DNA from: Octopus sinensis
Lineage: Eukaryota
NCBI RefSeq assembly: GCF_006345805.1
Contig: NC_042998.1
Coordinates: forward strand, 49,228,001 to 49,292,000
DNA: 64,000 nucleotides
Direction: 5' to 3'
The translations under genes and the position numbers were made by a program. The notes below the pieces were generated by a model. That model worked only from the letters and a program-made list of their open reading frames with translations. It was not told the DNA's origin and did not search any database. This document shows, piece after piece, positions 11,615-24,694 of this stretch. Each line of letters starts with the position of its first letter. Within the stretch, counting starts at the first letter, position 1.

Positions 11615-13329
11615 GGCTTTTTTCACATCTAATCATAAAGACTTTCATTGGCTCATGGCTATAGCAGAAGACATTTTCCCAAGCTGTCATACAGAGGCAC
11701 TAAACCTCAATCTCCTGGTTGGAAAGATAACTTTTTAACTATGTAGCCATGCCTATAACCCTCATCCAATAACCTTCAAATTTTATCAAAATTCTCAACT
11801 GCAAAGATTTTTGCTACAGGCTGTACATTATTCTAAATATCCACAGTTGAACTGGACAAGGTCTTTTGTAAATGTCATTCTATGTTTTGACACAAGATGA
11901 CAACTTTGAAAGTTCACATTTCCTCATAAAATTCCTACACATTTCATTTAGCTTGCTTCAAATTATATATATACATTTATATTCTTATTATTATCATTAT
12001 TATCATTTACATAGAAAAAGTTGCCAAAATTTGATTTTAATAATTTACAAAGATTTGTATTTCGAAATCTGTCAGTTTGTTGCCTTTAAGATTTTCAACA
12101 AAGGAAAATATTTGCTTACACAAATATAAAAATATTGAATACAGGTTTCTGAACTTAAATAAACTAAACCAAATAAAACAAAGAATTGCCAAACTATTAA
12201 AATTATGCAGCTATTTTCTTCAAGTTCCATGGGTGAGAAAATCCATTTTATAGTGACTTAGGTTTCAAATTTTAGCACAAGGCCAGCACGTTCAGGAGAG
12301 GAGATGAGTCGATTACATCAACCCCAGTGCTCCACATGTTACTTATTTTATTGATACCAAAAAGATGAAAGGCAAAGTCAACTTTGACAGAATTTGAATT
12401 CAGAACATTAAGACAGACAAAATGTTGCTAAGCATTTTGCCGAGCATGCTAAAGATTCTGTCAGCTCGCTGCCTATTCTTTAGTAGTATAAAAAAATGAC
12501 CATCACCATATAAATGGTTTTTTTTTTATATAGGTGCATGAGCTTGTGATACAGCTTCTTTTTTGCATCTTCATCATCATCAACAGCATTTTAATGTCCC
12601 CTTTCTATGCTTTCAAGAGTCAGACAGAATTTGTTAAGGTAGAATTTCTACAGCCAGATGCCCTTCTTGTCATCAACCCTCACCTAGTAACATTTCCCTG
12701 CTGGTCAGATATGTTTTCAGAAAAGATCAGAAACAAAGGACACCACTCGTATGACAGTGATGCTTATTTTACAAGTAATGTGCACTGTCAGAACAATGAG
12801 ACACATGTGCACGCACACACATACATATATACAATGGGCTTCTTTCAATTTTCATCAAAAATATTTTGTCAGCCAGGATATGGTAGAAAATACTTGCCCA
12901 AGGTGTCACTTGGAATGAACCCCCCATGTGGTTGGGAAGCAAACTTAACCATACAGTCATACCAATGCCTATAACTCTTACCCAAAGTACCATGATGTGG
13001 AACTGAACCTGAAATCATGTGATTGGGAAACAAACTTCTTAACCACACAGCCATATATGTGCCACTATCATTAACATCATTTAACAACTATTTTCCATGC
13101 TGGCATGGGTTTGACAGTTTAACTGGAGCTGGTAAGGCCAAGGGCCACACCAGGCTTCATTGTCTGTTCTGGCATGGTTTCTACAACTGGATGCCTTTCC
13201 TGCTGCCAACTACTCCACAGAGTGTGCTGGATGCTTTTTATGTGGCACCAACACCAGTGCTTTTTGTGGAATTCATTGTATAGTAGTCTTGTAGCAAATT
13301 GATCATCTTGACAGAGCTTGAAGAATGTT

Positions 13330-14330
13330 GTGAGCATGGTATTTTTTGTAGTTGGACTGTGTCTGTTAGTGTGCAGTCTCTGAGATGGAGGACAATGTCA
13401 TGCTTGTCATGTTCTTGTCCAACCTGAAGCACAGCTATTTCATTTGCTGTCGGTGCATTAAACTTCCCTCCATGTTGACCAGATGGTTCTTGTCTAATCT
13501 GATAACTACCTTGTAATCCATGGAGTCATGTGGAATTGTTTCAAGTGCAGTCTTGAAGCTTCTGATCTGGTTGTTGTTGTTATGCAGCATTTTTTGCAGA
13601 CACTACAATGTTCATCTTGATGCTGGAAATGTTCTTGCACCTCTCTTACCCTTCTTGTTGAGAATCACCCATAAAATATATTTGAAGGAATTTTGGTGAT
13701 TTATTTGACAGAGGTAGCAGAGAGCCAATCCAATGATAAATCTGACCATGGACTTTGAAAGTTTGCATGAATCGTGGCTCAGTTATATCTCTTGTGGCTC
13801 CAAATGATGTCATCCGTAGAGTAGCATTGTACTGTCTAATTTTGTTTTGGAAGTGCATGGAACCTTGGTCAGTTGATGACAACAGTTTCTTCAATGGCTT
13901 TGGAGGTTGGGGGAGTGTATGTGAGTTTAAACCTTTCCACCACTGAAGCACAGTGCCAGTATCTCTCCAGACTACTTCTTTGCTTTACAATGTATGCACT
14001 CAGTTGTCATTGCACCAATGGAAACTCTAGTATCATCTGCATAATGAACTGCTGGATCATAGTTGAAAACTGCTTCACAGAAGTTCCTTCTCTAACCTGT
14101 TGCAACTGCTCTTCATTCTGCAGTGGAGATCCTATTCCTTGTCAGTCATGCATACCTCTGTTCATCACTTTGAGAATCTCTGACTTTTGTAGTGCACAGT
14201 CTGCTCATTTCTTGGCATGCTTCCTTTTCTGCAGCTATCTCTCTTTCCCTGGACACAGACATTCTTTTGGCTGACCTTGATACTGTAGACAAATTGGCGT
14301 AACTAAGATTTCTACCACCTTTATTCATTG
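13330..14330 (-). mobile_element. Helitron Rep-helicase N-terminal fragment (decayed)
   Basis: FQNKIRQYNATLRMTSFGA...FMQTFKVHGQIYHWIGSLLP...PKFLQIYFMG and FNAPTANEIAVL...HDIVLHLRD are characteristic Helitron Rep N-terminal motifs. A charged E/R-rich repeat lies upstream (14146-14328). Confidence 0.8.
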
Positions 14331-14602
14331 GAAATTTTAACTTAATGCAGCTAAGTTAATTAAAAGAAAGTAACTATGTGAATTCTGTGCATCATTTTCT
14401 TTATAACCCCTTAATTTCAAATTCAAATTTCTAATCCTACCAATTATCATGAAGAAATGATTATCTCCCTTGTGATGTCAACAATAGGGCACCCCCACCC
14501 CCCGTATCAAAATATAAAAATTGCTATGGTAGGACTGAATTAAGGAGATTTATAAATTAAAGTTTTTCTTTCTTTATTGTCTCCTTCAGATTTTTAGATT
14601 AA

Positions 14603-14822
14603 CCCTTTTGTTACTGTATTTATTTTGAGATGCTCCGTATTTCTTTCAATTATTTTAAATATAACAAAGAATTTAGTAAAACAAATTGGTTATCATTAGG
14701 CTAGTGTTAGAAACATAAATTGTGACTAAGGTTTGGTGGAAGATTTTAATTCAAAACTTATGAAAACAAGACATTTGTACTACAGAGCCAGATCGGTTTC
14801 AGCCGGGTTGGTATCAAAAGGG
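14603..14822. mobile_element. piggyBac-type MITE
   Basis: TTAA|CCCTTTTGTTAC ... GTATCAAAAGGG|TTAA (TTAA at 14599-14602 and 14823-14826). Confidence 0.75.
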
Positions 14823-17589
14823 TTAAGTGCCCAAGATTATGATAGACAGGATGAAAATGATATAGTATCAATAATTATTTTTCCAGTTTCACTCATAAGT
14901 GGTAAATATCTCATGGATGGTTGGTTTTACTCAGCAACAATACAAACAGAAAAATTAACATTCCCCACATTTTACTTCTAAATATCACTAGTATCAAATA
15001 TCTATATATTTCAGATTGGTATACTTCTTTGAAAATGACTATACTAAAATATTTTAAAAGACAAGTTAATGGAGACAATAGTAAAACAAAAAAAAAATCA
15101 GCTAGCAAATAAGGTTAAATTGCTTGAACATGATAATCTCACTCATACTGCTGTTTCACTTGATGATGAAAGTGCAAATAATGAAATTTTGAAAGAATCA
15201 GAGATATAGGATGTTCCAGACTGCTGGACACAAGAGATATACTAAAAAAAATATTCCTGGTTAATTGTAAAAAATAGAAAATTTGGTTACAATATGTGTT
15301 ATCATCTTGGAAATGAATAAATACAAGATATTCATTTGTCTTGTGAGAGGTATAATGTAGAAACGTTAGCACGCTGGGCGAAATGCTTAGCGGTATTTCG
15401 TCTGCGTTACATTGTGAGTTCGAATTCCGCCGAGGTCGACTTTGCCTTTCATCCTTTCGGGGTCAATAAATTAAGTACCAGTTACGCACTGGGGTCGATG
15501 TAATCGACTTAATACCTATGTCTGTCCTTGTTTGTCCCTTCTGTGTTTATCCCCTTGTGGGTAATAAAGAAATAGGTATAGTGTAGAAAGTATAGGGGTG
15601 AGTGATGAGAAGACAAAATAATGAGTTTAAGAAGTAGGACTTGAGTATAAAAACATGAAGCCTATTACAGATGTCAAAAAAATGTAATTGAAAATGCCAA
15701 GGTGTATGTCGCCAAAAAATGACAAAGCAAAAACAATCAAGATTTTATGTAATAATCTGATTTTGGCAAAACGCCAGTAAATTTTAGAGAAGTGGGCAAA
15801 TCATTTACATCAATCCCAGTAACTGACTGATACTTTATTTGAATGACCCCGTAAGGATGGAAGAGAAAGTTTATCTCAGCAGTTTTAGAACTCAACATAA
15901 AGCAAGTAGAAAGGCTAACCATTTTGTCCAACATGCTGCCTGCATATAAGATTGGTTTCAAATTTTAGTACAAGGCCTGCAATTTCGAGGAAGGGGTTAA
16001 GTCGATTATATTACCGTCAGTACTCAACTGGTAATTATTTTATTGACCCCGCAAAAGGATGAAAGGCAAATCGACCTCAGCAGCATTTGAACTCAGTACA
16101 TATAGCATGAATGAAATCCTACTATGCATTTTGGCCAGCACAATAACAATTCTGCCAGCTCACCACCTTACTGCCTGCATATAATATTAAGCATAAAGGT
16201 AGACCATACTGAACAGCAAGAAAGAAATAACCTTAAGTCAACCTACATTTTAAGCTTTCATAAGTAGTGCAAAATTATTGTGCACCATGCAGAGAACCAA
16301 AAGTTATTTGCCCAAACAATCTTAAGTATCTTTTATGATTGATGATTCTACTCAATCAATTGCAAAACAATCCTAGTAGTCTCCTTGAGAGCAACAGCTG
16401 GTGAATCTTCTCACTTTGTGTGATTCTGTTTAAGCTTAGGTAAGTGCAAAATATATGTACATGCAATAGGTTTCCAAGTAACTTTTTAAGTGGTGGGTAT
16501 TTTTGGGGGGTTTGTTTTTGATTTTTTGCAGCAGTGCCTAAAAGAAAATGTGATGTAAGTTATAACTGTATGGAGCATCTGGAATGCTAGGGATGAAAAT
16601 CACAATTGCCAAACTATTTCTTGATTTTCCTAATACAACTACTTGGCAGTATACAAGACACTATGGTGGCGAGCTGGCAGAAACATTAGCTCGCCGGGCA
16701 AAATGTTTAGCGGTATTTCATCTGCCGTTACATTCTGCGTTCAAATTCCGCTGAGGTCGACTTTGCCTTTCATCCTTTCAGGTTCGATAGATTAAGTACC
16801 AGTTACGCACTGGGGTCGATGTAATCGACTTAATACCTATGTCTGTCCTTGTTTGTCTCCTCTATGTTTAGCCCCTTGTGGGTAATAAAGAAATAGGTAT
16901 TTCATCTGCCCTTACGTTCTGAGTTCAAATTCCGCCAAGGTCGACTTTGCCTTTCATCCTTTCGGGGTCAATAAATTAAGTACCAGTTACGCACTGGTGT
17001 CGATGTAATCGACTTAATACTTTTGCCTGTCCTTGTTTGTCCCCTTGTGGGCAATAAAGAAATAAGTATACAAGACACTAGCTTGAACTTAGTGTGAATG
17101 AATAAGTAAATCAACTTACAGGTTTGAATCATTGTCAAACGAATTTCAAAAACTTTATTGCATTCTTTCAAAGAATCAAGCTGAGCTAAGTGCATGCACT
17201 GAAGCACCCCACTGTCACTTGTTGGAAATTGGTCATGCTTTTAGTCTGGCATGTGTTGGTAGATCTTACTGAACTGTATCAGCAATTTAACAATCACACT
17301 TCAGCCTTGGATTGACCATGCTTTCATTGTTTAATGTCTTCCTTCCATGCTGGCATAGGTTGGACAGTTTGGCAGGAGCTGGCCAGGAAGAAAACTGCAC
17401 CAGGCTTCTGTGTCTGTTTTGGCGTGGTTTTTACAGTTGGATGCCCTTCCAAATGCTGACTACTTTACAGTGCAGACTGGATGCTTTTTAAGTGGCACTG
17501 GTAGGGTCAACAAGTAACTTGCAAGACAAGGACAGAACCAGATGTCTTGCCAGCAAATTTTTTACCACAAATATTTTATATATATGAAT

Positions 17590-17820
17590 TACCACACTAC
17601 AGTCCTCCACCCTACCAAGAGAGCTGACCTCGGGTGTACCGTGTGGCGATTTTTTTTCCTCTGTCTTCCCTTCTCTGGATCTTTCCTTCTCCTATATTTC
17701 CGACGAAGAGCTCCGCTCAAAACGTTAAACCCTCCTTCTTTCCTGAGCATCCAATAATACTATATTTGTTCCACGTCCTGGCGTTGTCTTTTTTTGTGCT
17801 TTCTTGTTTGGATTAACTAT
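17590..17820 (+). repeat. Probable Penelope-like terminal repeat containing a degenerate hammerhead-like core
   Basis: CCGACGAA-GAGC-TCC-GCTC-AAAACGTT at 17700-17726 resembles the CUGANGA(A)-stem-GAAACGUU pattern at PLE ends. Confidence 0.4.
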
Positions 17821-18231
17821 ATATCTCTCTTTCTCTTTTACTTGTTTCAGTCATTTGACTGCGGACATACCGGAGCACCGCCTTTAGTCGAGCAAATCGA
17901 CCCCGGGACTTATTCTTTGTAAGCCCAGTACTTATTCTATCGGTCTCTTTTGCCGAACTGCTAAGTGACGGGGACGTAAACACACCAGCATCGGTTGTCA
18001 AGCAATGCTAGGGGGACAAACACAGACACACAAGCATATACACACACACTCAGATATATATACATATATACGACAGGCTTCTTTCAGTTTCCGTCTACCA
18101 AATCCACTCACAAGGCATTGGTCGGCCCAGGGCTATAGCAGAAGACACTTGCCCAAGATGCCACGCAGTGGGACTGAACCCGGAACCATGTGGTTAGTTA
18201 GCAAGCTACTTACCACACAGCCACTCCTGCG

Positions 18232-18296
<65 letters not shown>

Positions 18297-21200
18297 GAAT
18301 TTGTACATTTTCTATTTATCAAATTCACAAAAATGTCATTTGTCAGTTGTGGGATTGAACCTATATATATTTAGAGCAAAAATGAGCTAAAAGAAAAGTA
18401 AAACTACTCGATGTTTCTGTGGCTTGAATTTGGACATAAAAGACAAGTAAAACTACTTTACTGATTATGGATTTATTGAAATAATTTTCGTTTGAAGAGA
18501 TGGTATAGAAATTGCCTGGTGGTAATAACGACAAGCTCCAAATGTAAAGGGAGATAATTTCAAGAGTCGAGAATTCTCCAGAAATTTTGCTAATTTTTTC
18601 AGAGACAAGGGTACCGTTTTAGGCACGTGTTTCTGAATTAATAGGCATCATCAGCACAGCATTTGTCCAACCATGACTACAGTAGACATAAGACTTAGAT
18701 ACATACAAAAACAGGGGAGAATATTTAAGGTCTGGAATAATTTGCATATCTAAAATATAATTAGTCAAGTGAAATAATTCACACATACGCGGGCGTGTGT
18801 GCGTGTGTTAAATTGTTATATAAAAAAAGGACCCAATAATTTTAGCTAAATTAATTACATGTGTTGGGTTTACTGGTACTCAGAGTTTCGTCTAGAGCAG
18901 CTTCTTCGACCTAACTGGTCGAATAAGCTGTTCCAGGCCCTATATCTATGTGTGATTTTTTCCGTGTCGGTCCCCCACCATCGCTTAATTGGTGTTGGTG
19001 TGTTTACGTCCTGTAACTTAGCAGTTTAGTAAAAGATAGAATAAGTTATCAGGCTTTAAAAAAAATAAAAAAGTACTGGGGTTGATGCGTTCGACGAAAA
19101 TTCTTCCAAGTGGTGCCTTAGCATGGCTACAGTCTGTTGACTGAAAGATGGGTACATATGTATAACGTGTGTAGCTGCTATTAAGAACACGGACAAGATA
19201 CACCTTCTCTCCAAGATGACGGGAAATATTTACAGTTTGAATTTAAAAACGTAACCATGAAGGAATTCAATAGAAACCACAAGAAAATCAAGTCAAATAC
19301 TATAGTGTAAGGGTCCCCAGGCGTGGATCATTTAGTATCGGGCCGCACAGAAAGAAATTTTAATATTTTATTCCCATTTGACTACCGCAGTCTGCTGGGT
19401 GCTTTTGTATTATATATGTATTATCTATGTAACAATATAAATCATTATTATATATATATTATGTACTTTATTGTGTTTTATGCGCGTGATCACCCGGGCC
19501 ATCTGAAAATTGTATCGCATGAATCCTATCTGGTGCAGAACAGGTTGGGAACGGCTGCTTTATGGATATAAATGGGAAAAAAAAACCTTACGCACACAAA
19601 CATATATACATGCATACACACACACATATATACATACACACATATACATGCACGCACACACACATCATTTTGGATCTTAGTGTACATTTCAGATGCAATC
19701 CGAAATAAAGACACTGAAATCTTACCATGTAATTAAAAAAAAATTCTAAACAACCTGTTTCGGTCGTTCTTTGACATTAAGAATTAACTGTAAGTAATCT
19801 CCGAAACTATAATATAAACGAAATAGTGCTTCGTTCTCCAGGAAAGATGACCATTTTTTTATAAAGTTTAAAATGCAAAATATAACCGGGAAATTCGACC
19901 AGTATCACAGCTTAAGTCTGGAACAGATGATGAGATAAGAGTTTACAAATATATAGTGCGATTTGGAATGTGCAATCTCATACAGAGATTTATGATTCAA
20001 TAATAAAGGTTTCTTACGCATATCAACTTGATAAAATTTATAGCTTCATGCCTAGCAGAATTCCCCCTAACGATCATTATATCTTACACAGCTTTTTACG
20101 TAATAGCATTGAAATGGGAATTTATTTTAGCAGTCAACCATACTCATTGTATTTTCCCCTTGTCTTTTCTTACTCTTTACTTCTCTTTCGTCCAAGTAGA
20201 ATTATATAAATATATATATATATATATATATGAACTTCGCCATATATATTAGTCATAAATATAATAAATAATAAATTCTTATTATTTATTATAATATACC
20301 CATCATTCTTTTCAACTAATATACGAGTAACTGGTTTTTTCACTGACCTAGGAAAGCTTATTGGGCAACTAACATGTATACATACACACACACATGCATG
20401 TGCGTACTCACCCATGAAATACATAAAAAAAAATAACAAAATTGGGTTTGCTGTAGACAGAGGTCACTCTCCTGATCAAGCAAACTTCTGATCATAGGCG
20501 TCCCAACCGTGACCCCTTTGGTTTCCTTTTTCACACATAGTATATTTAGAATCGCATCAATCACAATAACCTTATTTTTTAAAAATGGTAAAGTACGAGT
20601 TTAGGAAAGTTTGACAGCTATTTCTAGCAGGGCTCTAATCCTGCATAGAAGATCCCCAGTTGATTTCGAAAAATATATTCCCTGCCAATATGACTACTTC
20701 TACCAATACACACAAGAATATGGGTATTAGTTACCATCTAATTAAAGCTTTGTGATTAATATTCATACTACTGCAGATTTCATAGTTCAACACCAACGTA
20801 GATATGAATTATAGCATTACAAATAAACCTACACATATATTAAACACACAAAGTAGTACAATAACATACGTAGGCAGTAACATTTCCCCGCTCAAAAGAA
20901 TTAATATTAACGGGAAAGAAATGATATGATGAAGCACTAATCGATCGTATATACATATATATTGTTAATTGGTTTTGATCGAACGGACTTATCAACACAT
21001 TATAAGGATCACATTAGCCAGTCCTTTCTGCGTTAAGATAGTAAGGTGTCATTAGATGCTCCCTTGCTGGTTTAGTGATAAAGAAGGATGAAGATGATAA
21101 CACTGTGTGGAAATTATTCGTAATAATACTCGGTCGGTGTAGCACTGTGATGAAACGATGATGATTTGCAAAAGTGAATTAGTGAATAACAAATAATTAA

Positions 21201-22143
21201 TTAAAATCATTTACGAATGCAGAGGAGAAATATCCTTATAAATTTGTATTTTGAATTTTTACTTATGAAAGTGATAAGTTTTAAGGGATAAGTTTTACTA
21301 TTATGGTATGTATTTTATGAAACCCCCGTGTTAATGGAAGGCGAGGTCAGCCAATTAAAAAACAAATGCGAACCACGTACCTTGTCGCGACACAAATCCG
21401 AATGACGAGGATGAATTTTATCAATTAGAGACAAGAGTGGGGGGAAAGAAACACAAAACAGATATGAAAGTTTTTCTTTTTCTTTCTTTCTAGTATCTAG
21501 GTGAGTTTCTACACTGATTACTGTTGCGTATATCGCTTTTGTTTCAATGCATTTGCCATGTGATGGTAAATGTCCGGTCTTGACTACAAAAGCATGTTAT
21601 GCTACTACTACTAACTACAGTTATCCAGATGTGACTGCAGCAGTGGTAGCAGAAGTAGTAGAAGTAGCAGCTGTTGCTGCTGCTAATTTTTGAGGTACCG
21701 GGCGTCAGCCGAATCGTTGATCGAAGAGATTGTACAATTATACGAGAACGGAAGGGAGTACTAAGTAACACTTTTCATGTGGTACGCAACGGAGGCGCAG
21801 TAACTCGCGTGCCTTGTTACACATCACTTATGGTTTTTCAGAACATGTGCTCACTTTGCAGCAGAAATCATTGTGACACTGCAACTCAACCCTTTTTTTA
21901 TTTTCTCAAATCTTCTTTTGCCTCTTTATTAAGACTCGGTAGTCAAAATACATTAGTGTCTGCATACATGTTTATGCGTTCACATAAGCACATACGTACA
22001 TCTTATTCTCTCTCTCTCTCAGTCGCTCTCTGAACATATAGCGTATGTGTATGTATATATTTCAACAGTGGAGATCCACAATTCTGAAAAAGAATTATTT
22101 CACGGTCTTTCAAAAATTTATATCTGTCTATAGGTATGTGTGT

Positions 22144-22183
<40 letters not shown>

Positions 22184-22597
22184 TATATATCGTCAGCAGC
22201 TCATGCGTCTGAAAAATAAGCACACTCTAAAATATTGGTGCCGTAATATATCTTATAGAAGGTTGATTGTTATGCCCGGTCCTTTATAAGGACCATCGCA
22301 CCTATAAAGCGCTGGTGGTTATCCACTATTGAGAAAAAGAATTATTATTTTTCTGATGAGTTGTAGTACTCCTGAGCACTGTATACAACAATTTTTATTA
22401 TTTTCATTATTACTCCTTCACGTTCTCTCGAAAATTTATGCAATTCTTATGACGTCAATACTCTCCGTATATCTTATGTAAAGGAAACACGTGTCGGACA
22501 GCGATTTAAAGTGAATGTATAGTACTGTAATAAACAAGTTTCGAGGATGTATAATTCTCCATCCTTACTTTTAATGTCTTGAATATACGCTCTGTGT

Positions 22598-22631
<34 letters not shown>

Positions 22632-22632
<1 letters not shown>

Positions 22633-22748
22633 AGAAATCAGAAATTACTCATTTTACCACGGTTAATTTTGCTCCACTCCATATATATATATATATGAAG
22701 GGGAGCAAAATTAGTAACCGGGGTAAAATGAATAATTTCTGATTTCTT
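22632..22748. repeat. Inverted repeat with ~48-bp arms centred on (AT)n
   Basis: AAGAAATCAGAAATTACTCATTTTACCACGGTTAATTTTGCTCC ... GGAGCAAAATTAGTAACCGGGGTAAAATGAATAATTTCTGATTTCTT. Confidence 0.75.
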
Positions 22749-24033
22749 GTTATTTTTCCCCGTCTTTGAAATTATTACATTTTTAGTATTGCATCATCAC
22801 TTTGTATTGTTGCATCATCTTTAGGGGTAAAAATTGGTCAGCAAAGTTGTTGAAGTTGAGAGAGTTTGGAACATTATCAGGGGACAGGTACTTTTTTTTT
22901 TCAAGAAAATTTTCCTCAATTGTGACCCGATTGTAATTGAGGCTGCTAATAAATAAATTATCGAGATAATTGTTGGTGTTTAACAATCAATATTCCTTTC
23001 TCCGTTGGATTCCAAGTCAATTTTCCCCACGCTAATGTCTAATTTGATCATCTTCAATTTTCAAATAATGATGTCTGAGATGAGGTAAAATGAGTCATGA
23101 CTAATTTCAATAATTTCTTCTCTTTTACTGCATGGTGTGTAAATATATCGGGAAGGCCACTCCAGCAGATCCTGAAGAAGCTATAGAGAATATTCTATGT
23201 TGAGTTTTTATTTTTTTTGTTCTTCTTAGTCGAATTTCATTAATTTCATATCATATGCCATTTTTCCACAAGCCTCTTTCATTTGACCTACATAATTTAA
23301 ATTTTTGTTGTCTGTTTTCAAATTTAATTCTGGAGAATTAAAGAAGCAAATTTACCTTATCTTGGCTTACACATTTTACCGTCTTTTATATGCTCTAAGA
23401 AACCGGTGATAATTTTCTGAAATAGGGTTCAGATTATGTTATCAAGTTTTTACTGCATTTAGAGAAGGTTATTTGCTTATCTGATATAAATTTTGTCAGG
23501 CTGTGAACAATTGTAAAAAATATTTCTTCTCAAAGTCAAATCTATCTGTATCTATGTAGCAGTAAAAACTCCTCGTTGTGACCCACCTTCACCCCTATAT
23601 ATTAGTTAATGCATAGATGACTCCAGCAGAAAAAGCACTGGTGCATTCCTGGATAATGCAACACTACCAGTCCTCCAGGGGTCATGAAATAAATGAATAT
23701 ACCTTCGAATTAATTATGTTGTTACTGAAGAGTATCCCATTTTATGATTCCCACTGTTTCTGATGCTATCTTATTACAATCACATGTGTGCGTTTATGTC
23801 AAGCTACTGATGAAACTTAGAAATAAGGGGGGGGGGCAAAAGGAAACTTATCTTTGTGTGTGTGTGTGTGTGTGTGTGTGCGGGCGTGCGTGTGCGCGTA
23901 TTTCTTGTTGATTCTAAAGTGTATAATCTTATGTGAACCTGCTCAGTGACATTTCATTTTTTTGTCTGCATCGGCCTCAAAACATTTGATATATAAACAC
24001 TTACATTCGTTTTACACACACACGCGCGCATAT

Positions 24034-24076
<43 letters not shown>

Positions 24077-24694
24077 ATGTATATTAAGGTGATGCAAAAT
24101 AATTTATCATTTCAAAAACTTGAAGACACCCTCTAATTTTATTTTAGTGCAAACACTCAACATGCAAAATTTCAGGACAATTGAAAACTTTTTAGAGGTT
24201 GCTACCATCCACTGAACATTTTGTATATTGTTATTTTTCAGTTTGTATTTATTGTACATTTTCTTCCTCCTTGCAATGTCCCGCTGGCCCTGACATACAA
24301 CTGTTTAAGAGATTTAAAGCAAAATGGGTGGAAATTGACAAGAACAATTACCAAACAGTAACAGATGACCCCCTAACATTGCAGAGAAAATCTCAGATGC
24401 TGAAGAAATCATTCCATTTTCTCAAACTCTGTTTGATGAACAGCAACCTCGCGATGACTACAAGGAATTGCTCGACCTAACGCTCATTTTCTTCGGTAGT
24501 ACTCCCAAGTCAAGAAACAGCTTCAAAGCATCCGGAGCTTATCACAGAGCACGATGGATGGCCAAGCTAATTTACTGCGTTAAAATTTGGATGTTTAAAT
24601 CTCAGTTTTAACTAACTGAAAGAGAGGAAAAAGGACTGAGAGATGTTTGCTGCTTTTCAGCTGCGATATACATCAAATTGCGGTACCTGGCATC

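Noticed and set aside
22780-23500. Coding-looking minus-strand stretch
   Set aside because: No sustained frame, splice signals or recognisable motif.
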